In this document: one piece after another, positions 26,301-38,679 of the stretch
Position numbering within the stretch: position 1 is the first letter of the stretch
Layout of the letters: the number at the start of each line of letters is the position of its first letter
Origin: Ascidiella aspersa
Lineage: Eukaryota
Reading direction: 5' to 3'
DNA: 64,000 nucleotides
Assembly (NCBI GenBank): GCA_963924565.1
Contig: OZ004608.1
Coordinates: 9,238,001 to 9,302,000, forward strand
The notes under the pieces: generated by a model
Seen by the model: only the letters and a program-made list of their open reading frames with translations
What the model was told of the DNA's origin: nothing
Database searches by the model: none
Translations under genes and position numbers: made by a program

Positions 26301-29300
26301 TGACGTCTACTTTTATTGTTTTACTAACCGCCAATCGTTATTGCGTGAACGGTCATATACGCCAGAGTTTCAGTCAGTCAGTCGGTAGTTCATGATATTG
26401 TGGTTGGGTGACTACAAGAGCCGCACGTTCACGTCAAAACATATCACTTTCTCGTAATCGATCACGAAAAGCTAAACCGAGGCTGGCTTGGCTTGGCGGC
26501 AGAATCAACAACACTGCGCTTCACTGGAAGCCGAATCTACAGCATTCCACGCATGGAGCGCACGCACAAAGACATCAAAGGGACAAGTTTACAAAACCGT
26601 TTTGAACGGCACTTTCCATAGGTCGGTTCTTCTTGGGCCGTATTTCAGACCTCGCCCATAATCGAAAGCCGCTACAAAAGAAGCCATGGCTTCTTTCTTT
26701 TAGGGCCATTTTCCAACGCTTGGCCATTCTCAACGGTCGAATAACTCTGCCATATACGATGGCCGCTAAAATGTGCCAAGGCTCCCGTTTTCAGCCATAG
26801 TTCAGGACCACCTTGCCAATTTTAAAAGCACTACAACCTGTTTTAAGGTTGAGGTATTTCTTTTTTAATAAGCTGTCAGACATTATCCAAAGCCAAGCTG
26901 ATTTCGTTGCGGACTATATGACGTAAAGCAAAAGGCATCGGCTGCCTTTGAAGAGGTTAGGTTAAGTATGTAATAAAACATTCGAAGAATGTGACAGGGA
27001 GGTGGCGACATGCGACATCTTGTCTTTGCTCGTGTGACAAGAACGCGACATGAGCGCGCGACACAAGGCTACACACAACACAAAATGCTGCTGCTGCTGC
27101 TGCCTTACGGTCGCAATTTTAGAAGGCGGCGAATCGCACGACTAGTCCGTGACACGCCCGACGTGCATTTACTCTCGTTCGCGCGATTACACAAAAGCAT
27201 CGAAATATCGCATTACATAATTGGCTTTGGCGTGCATTTTCGCGCGGAAGATGAAACGTACGCGTATTAATACAACAGGCGCATTTTGGTGCGATTTCGT
27301 CATATCTAAAACGCTAAAATGCAACGTTGGGTGACCAGTTTTGGCCTTGTAGAAAAAGGGTGGGATTTCTGGGGCAACAGGCGAGGAATTGCTCATTGAG
27401 TATTCTCGGAGATTTGAAACCTCGCAGGCCTTATATAGCTAATTTAACTGGTATTTTAAAGCCTTGCAATTCTCCTCGACGGGCAAATACGCCAACCTGT
27501 CAACAATGAACCGCATATAAGAATGGCGGCCGGAGCAATATTTGCTCAAAGGTTGGCCAAAAGATAACACACCAAGCCCCCCTAGGAAAGCGGTAACCGG
27601 GTAAATATGCTTTGTCACTCGGGTGTGGGTGGTATTTTCCATTCTACGACGCGGGAGGGGGGGTTACAATAGCTCAACGGTCAAGTAGACAATCACGAGA
27701 AAAGCGAATGGTACGCACGCGACAAAACGGAATTCCTTATGACTTTAAAGCTTCGGGCGCCATAATGTTTGCGGTTCCGGCTAAGTCCAGTTTACATAGC
27801 AAAGGCCCCTCTTTTAAGCCTATTTCTAACCCTTCACCTAGTTTTCAGTGTTTTCACAACCACTTCAAAACCAGTAGGCCGACACAACTTTGCCATAAAA
27901 TTAGTGCGTAAGAAAAGAGAGCTGTCTGATTTTGAAGTGACTGAATGACTATGCGAGCAGCTAATAAATACCGAATCGTAATAAACACCGAATCCAGCGG
28001 TTCTCAACCTTTTGTAGTTAATCCCACTTAAAAGAGGCGCTTGATAACCGAGGCCATCTGCTTGTCGTTTGTTCCCGTGTCTGGCATTTTTTAGGTGCTT
28101 TGATGTCTAATATGCTTATCGTCACAATAGCATAGGAAAGCGCAAACAAAAAAATTAGGTAAAAACTATGCTTTAAACGCAATTTGTGTGAAAACTGTTC
28201 TCGGGTTTTTAGAATAACTCCCAAGTAAAGTCACCATAAAAATTACCTAACTTACTTTCAAAGTAACCGTAATGCTGTTAAATTATTTAAGGCCATAAGT
28301 AGCAAGAGAATTCAAGCCAGAAATAAAATCAAAGTCAAAGAAAATTTTTATTAACCCATTAAGTAGAAATTTGGCCCTTGGAAATAGGTAAATCCCCCAA
28401 CCAGTTGACAAACTGAAAGCTAAACTTATGCGACTCAACAAATCAAAAATTTCAGGTAGAAAAAAAACTAGCGCTTACACTTTCGTTGTAGGGCTTTCCG
28501 TGGAGGACTTCGGGAGCCATGATGTATGGGGTCCCTACCATCGAGAGTCGAGACTCCTCCTCAGCGGATGCAGGAATCTTCTCCGCCAGTCCGAGATCGG
28601 CCACTAGGGCGCGGTATCGCTTCTTGGCAGCTCCTCCGGGACCCTTGAGGTTGCGAGAAGTGGAGGTGGTGATGCGGATCAGACAGTTCTGATGGCAGAA
28701 AAATTGCCCGTTTGAATACGATGCGAACGGATTAAAGGTTTGGGATTCGATGCATCGACTGCGGTTTGTTTTATATTGTTTTGTGCAAAGTTTACTGAAT
28801 CGAGTGACTATAGCGATTACAGAAGTTTTGAGACGACATGTTGATGGCGTAAAACGCCAAATCATTATGATATGCGTTTAAAGTAATAGTAAATAGAAAA
28901 GGGCTTGCAAATAATCGGCCTTTTTGTTGAAACAAAAAAACATGCAGCAAAACGACATATTCGTATGGTTTTCCTAAAATACTCTAACTAATATTTCCCA
29001 CGAGAAAATCGCTCAAGTTTTATGGCCCATATTGAACTGTTTTTAACCTGCTGTTTCACGTATATACTTAGCTCAAGCCAGAATGCGAATAGTTCGTGAC
29101 TTAGCAAAGGAAATGGCACAACATGGCCTCCAGCACAGCTCAGTAAAATTATTGGCATAATAATTCATTTCAAAACCGTTTCGGAAATATAGGAACAGCC
29201 AGGTAAGCCAGTCAATCGGTACTATGCGGTCAGGTTTATCAAATTACGGGGAAATTAGTCGGAAAAGCCGCAAACCACATCATACCTTGGCACTAAGGTC

Positions 29301-32300
29301 CCTGTGGAAAACGCCGAGCGAATGCAAGTAGTGCAGGCCTCTGGCTATATCGAGGGCAATCTGCACACGCTCCTTCCAAGAGAGACTGACTTTCCCCTTT
29401 GAAACGAGCTGCTCCAAGTCTCCGCCGTTGATGAACTGTTGTTTACGCAAGGGAAAATCAGATTTATGGTTTGGTATGGTTTTGAGGCATAAAACCAATA
29501 AAAGTTGTATAGTTTTTTAAGGTTATAAGCAATTAAGCCGTACAAAAATAGTCAGCGATATGTGAACGTTGTAGCTATTTTTGTTTTACTTTTAACATTG
29601 TGAAGTAACGATAGTAGAAAATGGCCAACGTATTACGCCAGTTGCAATTTCAAAATTCATGTTAACCGGCTAACGGGTGGGAAAAACACAAACTTGTACT
29701 TATAAATTAAAGTAAGGTTCACCAAACTACGGCCAGTGGGGTTAAATATGTCGCCAAGCGGCTTATTGCTCTACTCAACATAAAATACAGTATACAGATC
29801 AAATGTTTGTCTTTTTAACTTAAACAGTCTAATGGTAGAAAGTGGTTTCGCGCAGTGCTTATTTTAAGAAGGTCATTTCCTCCAGTTGTAAATGACGTGA
29901 AACGCTATGAATCAATTCCCTTTATAACACCTTTACTAAACTTAGCCGCATTGCAATGAACACAATGACTTTTCAAATCGAGAATATGTCACAAGTATTA
30001 GTGGTTGATTGGTAGCAACTCAACAGTCGCCGCTGTAGCCATTAATCAGCAGTGAATATATTCAGCGCTTAATAATGAATTGATTTTCAATATTTAATTT
30101 ACAAATATAAAAAATACCTCAGTAAGGCTGTGCAGTTGTCCATCGTCCACGCACACCCCTTTAAACCTGTGTAAAAAATCGTATATATTGAACAACAGCA
30201 AGCAAGCAGTTATGTGATGTTCGGGCATTTGACAATATCAAAACACACCAGAGTGCTTGGCGTGCTTTGAGTGCGCGTTTGAAGGCGCCAGGTCTGATAG
30301 GAAATGAGGTAAGAGGTGTTAGAGAACTATCAAGGAAGTGGTGGGCCCAGGTGGGGAAAATGCCCAGTTGAACACACACATGCACAAGGCACGTATTTAG
30401 CTCCGAACATTAAGCCGAAAAACGCGTTTCCAGTTATAAATTTCAAAAAAACATCGCCAACGTATCTATCGTTGCTCGTAACATCAAAGGCAGTGTTTCC
30501 CAAACTCGTCAGATCATATATATAAACTTCACGCCACCCACGTTTGAGAACAACAAACAAAACATTTCGTGTTGTCTCCTTATGCACACAAATGGCGACA
30601 TGATGTACAGCTCGAATGGGGAAATTGCGTTTGCCGTAGTTTTACCATTTACATATCGAAATTTATAAGTGTTTATACAGATGTCGCACTTGTAAAAAAA
30701 TGATATGGGCGCAATACATCTAATTAAAGGAACTCTGAGCTAGGGTACATTAACGTTACCAAACAAACAAATTACCAGTCGAAAATTTAACAAAAAACAA
30801 GCAAAAATCGCATATGTACACTTGCGGGCAACATCTAGAGTGCATTAACGCTATCAGTCGGTAACTGTGTGCGGTTATCAAGCTCTTGTAGCGTACCTAA
30901 TGGAATGCAAGGCTTAGGCAACGAAGCCGGGTCCGTTTAACATCGCAAAGGGAGCTCCAGCAATCAATGAGCGGTGCAAAGGGGATCGATAAAACAAGCT
31001 CGTAAGAAGCGACGCTTACTTGAGAATGTTGGGATGCGAGAGGCGGTTCATGAGCTGCACCTCGCGCAGGATGTTCATCTTGCTGTTGGTGTCCTTGTTA
31101 CGTTTCAGCACCAGCACCTTGCCGGTCTGCTTGTGGGTCACCTGGGGAAGCAAATAACAAATTGCGCTGATGAATTGCGAACGGGTTGAATCAGGTTCGT
31201 TGCCTTCCGCCCTATAGCGCGCGTGAGCACGACCCATTAGTGCATATTTAACGTTGCAGCGCACTTTGCAGCAGTAATGAATGCAATGCACGTCGATTGA
31301 AAGCCGCCCCGCCCCCCTTGACTTGGCTGTTTGAATGCGCACGTTACAGTACATGTACCGAATGTAAAATTTCTCTTACATGTACATTACTTCTATTGCA
31401 ACTGCAAGGCGTTCAAACGGTGTTCTGACAAAGGATTTGATACACCCCAATTAGGGATTTTACATAATAATATCGGGGGATCGTAGCCGATACTTGATGC
31501 CAAGTGATAGTATCGGTATTTGTCCGATACTAGGGTGGTATCGCTTCCGATCCTATACCAAATTAAAATAGGAATTTTTCACATAATTTACGATATAACT
31601 GACCCATTTTCACTCCAAAAGGTATTTTTTTAGATATAGCATATTAACAGTTAAAGTAACTAAATGTCCCATATATAAAGCAACAGTTTGTCAGGAACAC
31701 GAACAACATTACATTTGCACGTTTAAATTTGACTAATTTTCATTTCACCTTAGTAATGGCGTCATTCAGCAGCGGATCGGCGGTTTGCTCAAAACATCGG
31801 GTATCGTATCGGCACAAAATGCCAAGTATCGGACAAACGGACATCCCAAGCGGTGATATTTACCCAATATTTTATGGTCAATGTTACCCCTCATAGGCAC
31901 GTTTTTGTACGATTCAATAAAAAAACTATATTCATCCTGTTATTTGGTTTCCAATTTACGCAATACATTGAAGAAGAATAAAAACAAACCTTTTCAGTAT
32001 ACGCTGTTTCAAGTTTGTGCAGGTCGCATTTTGGCTGCAAGGCACCAATGTCTTAAAATAACGCGCTTGTAGAATCGGACGTTCGTCGGGTCGCAACTTT
32101 TCAACTCTGATTCGATGCGAATGGGTCGATTACCGATTCGGGGCTGTAAATCATCCTGGGAGCGCGAAAGTACGTCCGCTGCTTAATCTATACGTGTCAG
32201 CAGAGGTCGAATTTACAAGGGAAAGTGAGTGTGTGAGTTCGTCCCAACGATGACAAGGTAGGCAAACTCGAAAACAATAATAGTGGCACCTTCTATGAAG

Positions 32301-35300
32301 AAGGTATCGCAATACAAGCCAGCATAAGCTGTGAAAATACTTTAAGCGAGTCAAAAGAGGTCGAAAGCCGCCGAGTAATAATTGCACAACCCAGATTTTT
32401 TTTATAAAAATTGCACAACTCGAGTTAGAATAATTGCCTAACCCATATTCCGCCGCCATTCAGCCGACACGTAGTTATCCACAAACCATGTTTTCTCCAA
32501 CGGATTTCGGCAAAAAGGCCCGGTCAGCAAAGCAAACAACGAATGCTTTGTTCAGCTTCAAACACCGGTCGCGTTTTCCTGTAGAAGGGGCGGGTAATGC
32601 ACACAAAAACCTCCTTGCACAATTCGCTAAACGTCTTGCACAATCATACGAAACGACAGAAGGAAGAAAAGCCTCCCACAGCTGGTGTTGAGAAGGGTTC
32701 TGCGGCGGGCAACTGCCATCAACAAAGTGGCAAGCATGTTTCCTAAACGTGGCGGAACGTCGCAGCAAGCTAAGTGTAAACAAAACTTTGGTAGCATTGA
32801 GGATCGCAAGCACAGCAGCAAATTAACAGGCGAAAAGTTTCCACTTGCCAATGTGGTGAACGGATAATTTGAAAGCCAAATTTCTGCGGGCTATTTTATA
32901 TTGGTATACTAAATAGTTTGAGGGAGGGCGCAACGGTAACAAAATATAAACAACCATAAAACCATAATTAACTTGTCGCTATATCGCACGACAGGTACCC
33001 AACTAGCCATTGTATACAATTTTGGAAATATAACAATGATACTTATTAAAGATATAATCACAATAATTTTAGACGAGCAGAAAGAGACCCAGAGCGCAAA
33101 ATGACAGAAAGGGTAAACAAAACAACCCAACTCGCTCCAAAAAGTGCACGGCAAGAAACGAGTTGCAGACAATTTTGCAGACATTTAGCCGGCTAGAATG
33201 TTTTCACCACCGCCCTTGCGTCAAATTTCGAGCACGGGAGTCGCAGGCGCCAAAACACGCGGCGGTGGAAAGGTTTAATTGCCTCGCAATATGCTGGCAA
33301 CACGGTCGAGCGTCTGGAATTGTTTGCAGCAGCGAGACTTGGCAGGCCACAAAACGCGGAAGTGGCTTGCGAACAAATATGATCTGGTGGCTTTGGGCGG
33401 AAGCGGAGAAGTTTGTTCTGAGGGCTGCTATTATGTTGACGCCGTTCTGTAATCAACTTCGTGGGTCCCTTACACTAGGGTTTTCTAAGCTGCGGGTCGC
33501 TACCCTGCTGGGGGTCGCGCATCGGGTTTAAGAAAACGCTCTATAAAGTTGTTATTTTTTCTCTTTGATATGCTAATGGCAAACCTAATGCAAAACATAA
33601 CCCTTTAAATGTACATTATTTTAATTACAGTAACAAATGCGTGCCAAAGCCCCGTCTTACACATCAGTGTTATCACAGCGCGCACAAAACTCCGGAGTTC
33701 GCCAGATTTTCAGATATCCTGCAATGGTAGAATACCTAAACGGTCGGTAAGTTGCGAAGTCGTAATTTCAATAAAGCCGAAATCGTGGCAAATTATGCGA
33801 AAAGCTGGGATCAGCTTCGGACACGCAGCGTTACTGGGTGAACGTGTCAACAAACAACCCGTTTCTTTAGAATCGCAAATCCGAAAATTACATGGTTCAG
33901 TTCAGTGGGCGAGCTTCTGGCCGCCAACTCCCGCGCTATAGCCTGCATTTGGTTTCGCGCGGCGCCAACAATGCCCTTCGACCAATGTTTACCTTTTAAT
34001 ACGCCGGCGACGACAGTGCCCGTGAATTACGGTCGGCGCTTCGGCTATTCATAGACACAGGTTGGTAGTCGGCCAAACAGCCAGGCTAGGCGGGGAATCG
34101 TAAATTACGACTGCGGGCCAACCACGTTCGAATCGCCGCCTTTTCCTGGAACCAAGTCCCGGTCAAGAACCAGCGGGCGAGCTCAATTTACTTCCGCAAC
34201 CCAGTTTCGCGGTTCACTTGAAAAGCGAGGGGAGAAAATCTCACGAAAGTAACGAGAGGCCTGTTTAATCAGCCGTTGTAAAAAGTGCCAGGCTATACCG
34301 TTTTAAATCATACCTTGTGGTCTTTTTTGACATTTTAATAATACTTGACGTTTCATTGTGATGCAATTAGTCGAACTAGGACTATGCTATCCCACGCAAA
34401 AAAAATTCAACTCGGAATTAAGTTATTTTGTAAATGACTTCATTGGGATTTACGCAATTTCAAAAAGATTTGTTTACAACACTGACCATACCCAAAAAAA
34501 TCAGCATTTATTCAAATATACATGTGACCTGCGGCAGAAGAAAACAACATGTAACCGTACATTTTCGGTGCACATAACAGGCAAAACGACTTCTTTTATA
34601 GTAGACAAGTTACTTTGCCTAATATTGGATCAAGAAGGCAATTTCTCGATTATACCTCAAATAACTGGCCGTAAAATAAAGTTGTTTGCACTGCGAACAT
34701 CCGAGACGATTAAGTTTGGAGAAATAAGGTATTTATGACCATCAATAAACGGTTGCCCTGTCGCTGTTTTCCAAACGAAGGCAAATATTTTACAAAAAGC
34801 AAACGTAAGTGAATTAAGCCGTGGGTTGGGATGAAAAAAACCTAGGTTTTTTTTAGTAAAATGATTGCGAAAATATATTTATAAGAAAATAAACCAACAA
34901 CAACAATAAATTTCGGAACAGAAAGAAAACCCGTGTTTGCGTACTGTGTTCCACGGTTTATTGGTAGCGATCACGAAAACAAAGTAAGGCTATAAGGATT
35001 GTTTTTAGGTTTTTTTAACATGGGGTTCGGTGTTTTTATTAAAACAATAAATTCCTCTAAAAAAATCTCAGAAGCAGAAGCCTGTTGGCAATTTGAATTA
35101 TGACACGCCCGGTGAGCAGCTCGTAGGAGGTACACGTGCGATATAAATACTACAAGCCACGAAGCCAGAACTATTTAAAAACTGGGCGTCGGATTTCATT
35201 TAATTTGCATTGTCACACTGGCCGTTTCCGCTGCACTACCGCCGAATTGTGGCAGCGTGACGAGGCCATGATTGCCAGTACAGCAGTTGTTACAAACACC

Positions 35301-38155
35301 ACGTTGCTGCTTTGTATATGTATTTGAGCGCGCGGGTGTACTGTGTGTATATGAACGATAAAGTGTATACACAACGTAAACGAAACGTTGATGGAAATAA
35401 TGGGCCTTGTCAATAAGCCGACACGCAGCTCGTTCTAAAAATACTAAATTCTGCGCGACTTTATAATATATACATATATCATTGGTTGAATTCGGCATCA
35501 GCGCTATATATATATTCATAATGTTGAATAATGGCCGAGGTCTGAATACGTTTCAGGTCCCATATGTTTAAGTATGAAAATGCTTGCATAAATATCCGTA
35601 GTTTTGCGTGACACGGCCCTTTATTGAGTGCATATTTTCAATTTTGTAAAGTTTATAAAGCCGCATTTGTAATGTAAGTTAAATGATGTATGTGACAATA
35701 TGTCTTGCTCACTATTGTTAATACACTGTACATGGTATGTCTTATACACGATGTTAACATTGGGCAAGTTGACTTTCAGTGCGGGCGGTCGCGTGGGGAA
35801 TAGCACAACCGTTAAGATCGATGCTTCGAATGCAAAACGACCAACGATTCAAGACCAAACGCACAGTTGTGGCGGATATGGAATCTGTTGCGGCAATTAA
35901 TCCGGTGATTAACCCAGATCTTGACCAGCCGTCGTTCTGGCCAACAGCTCAGCTTAAACGCCAACTGGCCAATTTTAGTGGCAGCTTAGAAATGTACTAG
36001 GCTTCTTTTTTTAATAAATTTTGGGCGTTTTCCACTGTTAAGCCAATTTATTGTAAGGTAGATCGTCGCATTTTATAACACGATGTTAACTTTAGAATCT
36101 CTAAAAAAGCCAAAAACAAGGCTTGTGAAAAGGGAGCCGGCTATTTTTAAAGTGGCCCTGTTAACTGGCCTCGCATATCTTGACGTTTGGACGAACGAAA
36201 TTTGGATTTGCTAGAACAGCTTGCACGACAAGCGAAGGCAAACAGTGGCTAACAAGGCGACCTAATCAGCCGAAGTCAAGCGGGAAAGTTGACTGTCCGG
36301 GGACGTTTACCCAAGGTATAAAGGCAAGTGACACGCATACAACTGTTTGACTTGGACCAACAGATTAGCTAACTTCCGAACAGCCTGATATGGGTGTCCT
36401 CTGAAGTTCACAGACCCTGTAATCGACCTTTGTAGTGTTTATTTCTCCACACAAAAAGGCACTGTGCCATATGCTGCATTTTAACTCTATCACAACAGTA
36501 TGTTACTTCTTTGGTCCTTGACTCTATTGTTGGCAAAATATTCCCAATTAGGCTACTCACTACTTTATAAATTCAGGATATAATTTCTTAAAAAAAAATG
36601 TTTTGCACTACATCATGCCATTTCAGAAAAAATGATACAACACAGTTAATAGAGGAAGCTGTGTGAATGGGTTTAAACTGCACACAACTGTAGGTATAAC
36701 AATGATTTCCTGAATTTATAGTCAGCCTAAGAAGAACATATATAAGGAATTTGTATAAAAAACTAAATTTTAGGCCAAGAGTTTGATTTTTCAAGTTACA
36801 CACCACTGTACTATACAGAAACATCTTTTTTATAAGACCTTGCTTTTAAAACTTTTTTAGTAACCCCTTGCGTTTAAAGTATGTACCACGGTAAACAAAC
36901 TTCAAAGATGATACAGACTAAACCTAGCATGACTGAAATAACAAAACAAGGGTCCAAAATATTAGTTTGAACAATTGGGGAACATTATACCTATTGTGAT
37001 CTGCCAATTTTGAAAGATAAGAGTTATAATTTGAAGAGGCCATTTGACTGCATTTTTTAGATAAATATGCATACCACTGTCGGTTAAAAAGTCACTAAAT
37101 AAGCAGGAAACTATTACTCATAGACCACTAGGGAAAAAACTAAATGGATGCAACTGTGACACTAGTATTTTGCCTATAAATAAAGATACACAGAAAACTA
37201 TTAATAACAGACAAATATAGATCAAATATTAGCCCTAACATATTATTGTCAAACTAACTCAGTCATGTTTTACTAAATTTCCAATAAAAATGAACCATCA
37301 TTTTAAATAATTTTTACAACAACAACATCCGTCTCTATTTCACATGGTGTTTGTGTTAAATTATACTGAAACTATATGTTTTTTAAATAATTAAAAAAGT
37401 GGCCCTAAAACCAGAACAGCCAAACTTTATTTTGAGGGCTACAACTAGTCAACATTATTTAACTACTTCAGCGACACAAACTACAGACCTAACCCAACCA
37501 ACTGCATTCCATAGTTCTAGGGGCCGCCAAACACTTTTTTGGTTGTTCATTGTACACCAAAGTTCTGTTATATAAATAAATTATGTTATAGCCACTATGG
37601 AAAGTATGGAAAGTGCACCCACAACTATTTTCACAACAGACAAGACCTGCACCCCTAAAAAATAAATATGCACTTGGTTTTCCCATATGTTATAATATTG
37701 GGGTGCAATTTTGACCTCAGTTGCACCCGGTCATCCCAATTTTCGGTTGTGCTTCCACGAGATCTCGTTGAGATGTGCCATACTCTCTAGATGTGTTTGT
37801 GGGTGATATGTATTTGGTAAAGACAACTAGAATGCAAGCCTGCCTTTCCAATCAGATTTAAAATTTACAACACATCTAAAAATTGATGTCTTACCTTAAA
37901 AACATCAGAGAAGAAACCAAAGCCGAGCTCTTCGAGATCAAAGTCATCGATTCTTGCCAAGTTGGATACCGCATTTTGAAGAGCGTTAAAGTGCGACACG
38001 TTAAGGCTCCGTCGTCTTGCATAGGTGGATCCAGGATTGGCTGAGGAAGGTAACGAAGTCCTCATTCTAACCTGGGGAGGCATATTATTATTTCCCAAAT
38101 TTTGTGCTGGGGAGGCGTTGGGCATAGTTGTCGAATTTATTTTGTCAGCTTTCAT
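7138..38155 (-). CDS. TESK: TESK1/2-like dual-specificity protein kinase (LIMK/TESK family; cofilin kinase, Drosophila cdi-like). 11 coding exons: 38155-37895, 31141-31020, 30166-30118, 29435-29286, 28688-28479, 24748-24542, 19909-19810, 13222-13113, 12536-12369, 9332-9173, 8345-7138; 2745 nt, about 914 aa.
   Basis: The spliced product shows [141 protein letters not shown]-type C-terminal blocks are also present (RLSRSFSDI; [16 protein letters not shown]; RSISLP). All introns are GT-AG with consistent phases. Confidence 0.92.
8734..9167. repeat. Degenerate local tandem repeat (about 3 copies, about 150-180 bp) in the last TESK intron
   Basis: The blocks ATTTTCA(A/G)TGAACT..AAAGCCAGCT recur near 8750, 8933 and 9067, and AACACAAATACGCCA near 8893 and 9152. 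Confidence 0.7.
9173..9332 (-). CDS. TESK: TESK-like exon 10
   Basis: ctttccag|[24 protein letters not shown]...RPKSVF G|gtaagt; 160 nt. Confidence 0.85.
10271..10326. promoter_or_regulatory. Intronic motif cluster: CRE (TGACGTCA), TTACGTCA and the extended E-box GTCACGTGAC
   Basis: Motifs at 10271, 10288 and 10317; function is inferred only. Confidence 0.35.
11637..12217. mobile_element. hAT/Charlie-like MITE
   Basis: CAGTGGTTCTCAACC ... GGTTGAGAATCACTG termini. Confidence 0.7.
12369..12536 (-). CDS. TESK: TESK-like exon 9
   Basis: cacgcag|[18 protein letters not shown]...NPFSTLE|gtaaaa; 168 nt. Confidence 0.82.
13113..13222 (-). CDS. TESK: TESK-like exon 8 (S/P-rich linker)
   Basis: cttttcag|(V)[36 protein letters not shown]|gtgagt; 110 nt, phase 1 to 0. 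Confidence 0.8.
14803..15112. mobile_element. hAT-like MITE, family A (right end partly deleted)
   Basis: Starts CAGGGGTTCTTAAAC. The interior aligns by eye with 48667-48957, including TGACGTCATAAATTGACGTCA. Flanks cgctagag / ctctagag. Confidence 0.78.
17040..17335. repeat. Diverged tandem duplication, unit about 152 bp
   Basis: TACCCCAACAACCACTATA, AACGCGGCATAGTAA and GATAAAAGG...AGTCTTG/TGTCTTG each occur twice, about 152 bp apart. Confidence 0.8.
19810..19909 (-). CDS. TESK: TESK-like exon 7 (end of kinase domain)
   Basis: ttacag|[34 protein letters not shown]|gtaggt; 100 nt; carries the subdomain XI Arg. Confidence 0.88.
22332..22420. mobile_element. hAT-like MITE left-end fragment
   Basis: tctagac|CAGTGGTTCTTAATCTTTT; right end not found. 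Confidence 0.45.
24542..24748 (-). CDS. TESK: TESK-like exon 6 (subdomains IX-XI)
   Basis: ttccag|[15 protein letters not shown]...[10 protein letters not shown]|gtgtgt; 207 nt. Confidence 0.92.
28479..28688 (-). CDS. TESK: TESK-like exon 5 (DLG, activation segment, APE)
   Basis: atcag|NCLIR...[11 protein letters not shown]...[21 protein letters not shown]|gtaagc; 210 nt. Confidence 0.93.
29286..29435 (-). CDS. TESK: TESK-like exon 4 (catalytic loop HRDLSAK)
   Basis: caacag|[10 protein letters not shown]...FHRDLSAK|gtatg; 150 nt. Confidence 0.93.
30118..30166 (-). CDS. TESK: TESK-like exon 3
   Basis: acag|[17 protein letters not shown]|gtattt; 49 nt; not in the ORF track. Confidence 0.9.
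31020..31141 (-). CDS. TESK: TESK-like exon 2 (beta3 Lys, alphaC Glu)
   Basis: ccccag|[16 protein letters not shown]...[16 protein letters not shown](K)|gtaagc; 122 nt. Confidence 0.92.
31452..31848. mobile_element. Probable degenerate MITE with CCGATAC/GTATCGG subterminal repeats
   Basis: TAGGGAT...ATCCCAA ends, with clustered ccgatac/gtatcgg motifs at both ends. Confidence 0.5.
33476..33543. mobile_element. Tiny MITE-like element
   Basis: TAGGGTTTTCTAAG..GGGTCGC..GGGGGTCGCG..TTAAGAAAACGCTCTA; imperfect inverted ends. Confidence 0.4.
37895..38155 (-). CDS. TESK: TESK-like coding exon 1 (N-terminus and glycine-rich loop)
   Basis: ATG at 38155 with an in-frame stop upstream. Ends FSDVFK|GTAAGA. 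An upstream acceptor ttgtttcaattgcag starts the exon at 38205. Confidence 0.88.
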
Positions 38156-38274
38156 CAGATGGCAGTTGTTTCCTCAGACATAATTTTTTAATTCAGAACA
38201 ATTGTCTGCAATTGAAACAACATTTACTTTATTATTCTACATTAAACAACCTCACAATGGCAATAAACAACTTT

Positions 38275-38679
38275 GGCACTGGTCTAAAATTCTACAACAT
38301 TTTCGTCCAGGGGTTTATATTGCTAACACTATTTGGGTTTGAGTTTATCAAATATTATGGCGCTGGTCTAGAATCCTACCACAACGTTGAAATGATTATT
38401 AAGCAATGCATAATATGTGGGTTAGGGTGTCGGTTAGTGTTTGGGTGTGGGTAGGTCAAGTAATATTGTTTAACACTATTACTGGACTCACCCAAACCCA
38501 AACGCTAACCGGCACCCTAACCAAAATAATGTTCGTTGTGGTAGGATTCTAGACGAGCGCCAATATTATTATTATTGGGTCAAATATTATTATTATATTT
38601 ATTATCCTAGTTTGCAATTTTTTAATTTTGACAACTTGTTTTGTTACTGTAAAAAGTGGTAGGATTCAAGACCAGTGCC
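38275..38679. mobile_element. Nested fold-back elements: outer copy 38275-38679, inner copy 38359-38561 with 8-bp TSD AATATTAT
   Basis: Outer TIRs GGCACTGGTCTAAAATTCTAC / GTAGGATTCAAGACCAGTGCC. Inner TIRs GGCGCTGGTCTAGAATCCTACCACAACG / CGTTGTGGTAGGATTCTAGACGAGCGCC. Confidence 0.8.

Noticed and set aside
28479-29435. Calling the kinase LIMK or a pseudokinase
   Set aside because: No LIM/PDZ exons are seen, the kinase domain is N-terminal with TESK-type motifs, and the catalytic residues are intact.
38418-38522. GGGTTAGGG / CCCTAACC as interstitial telomere
   Set aside because: Single units that form part of the fold-back element's arms, not a TTAGGG array.
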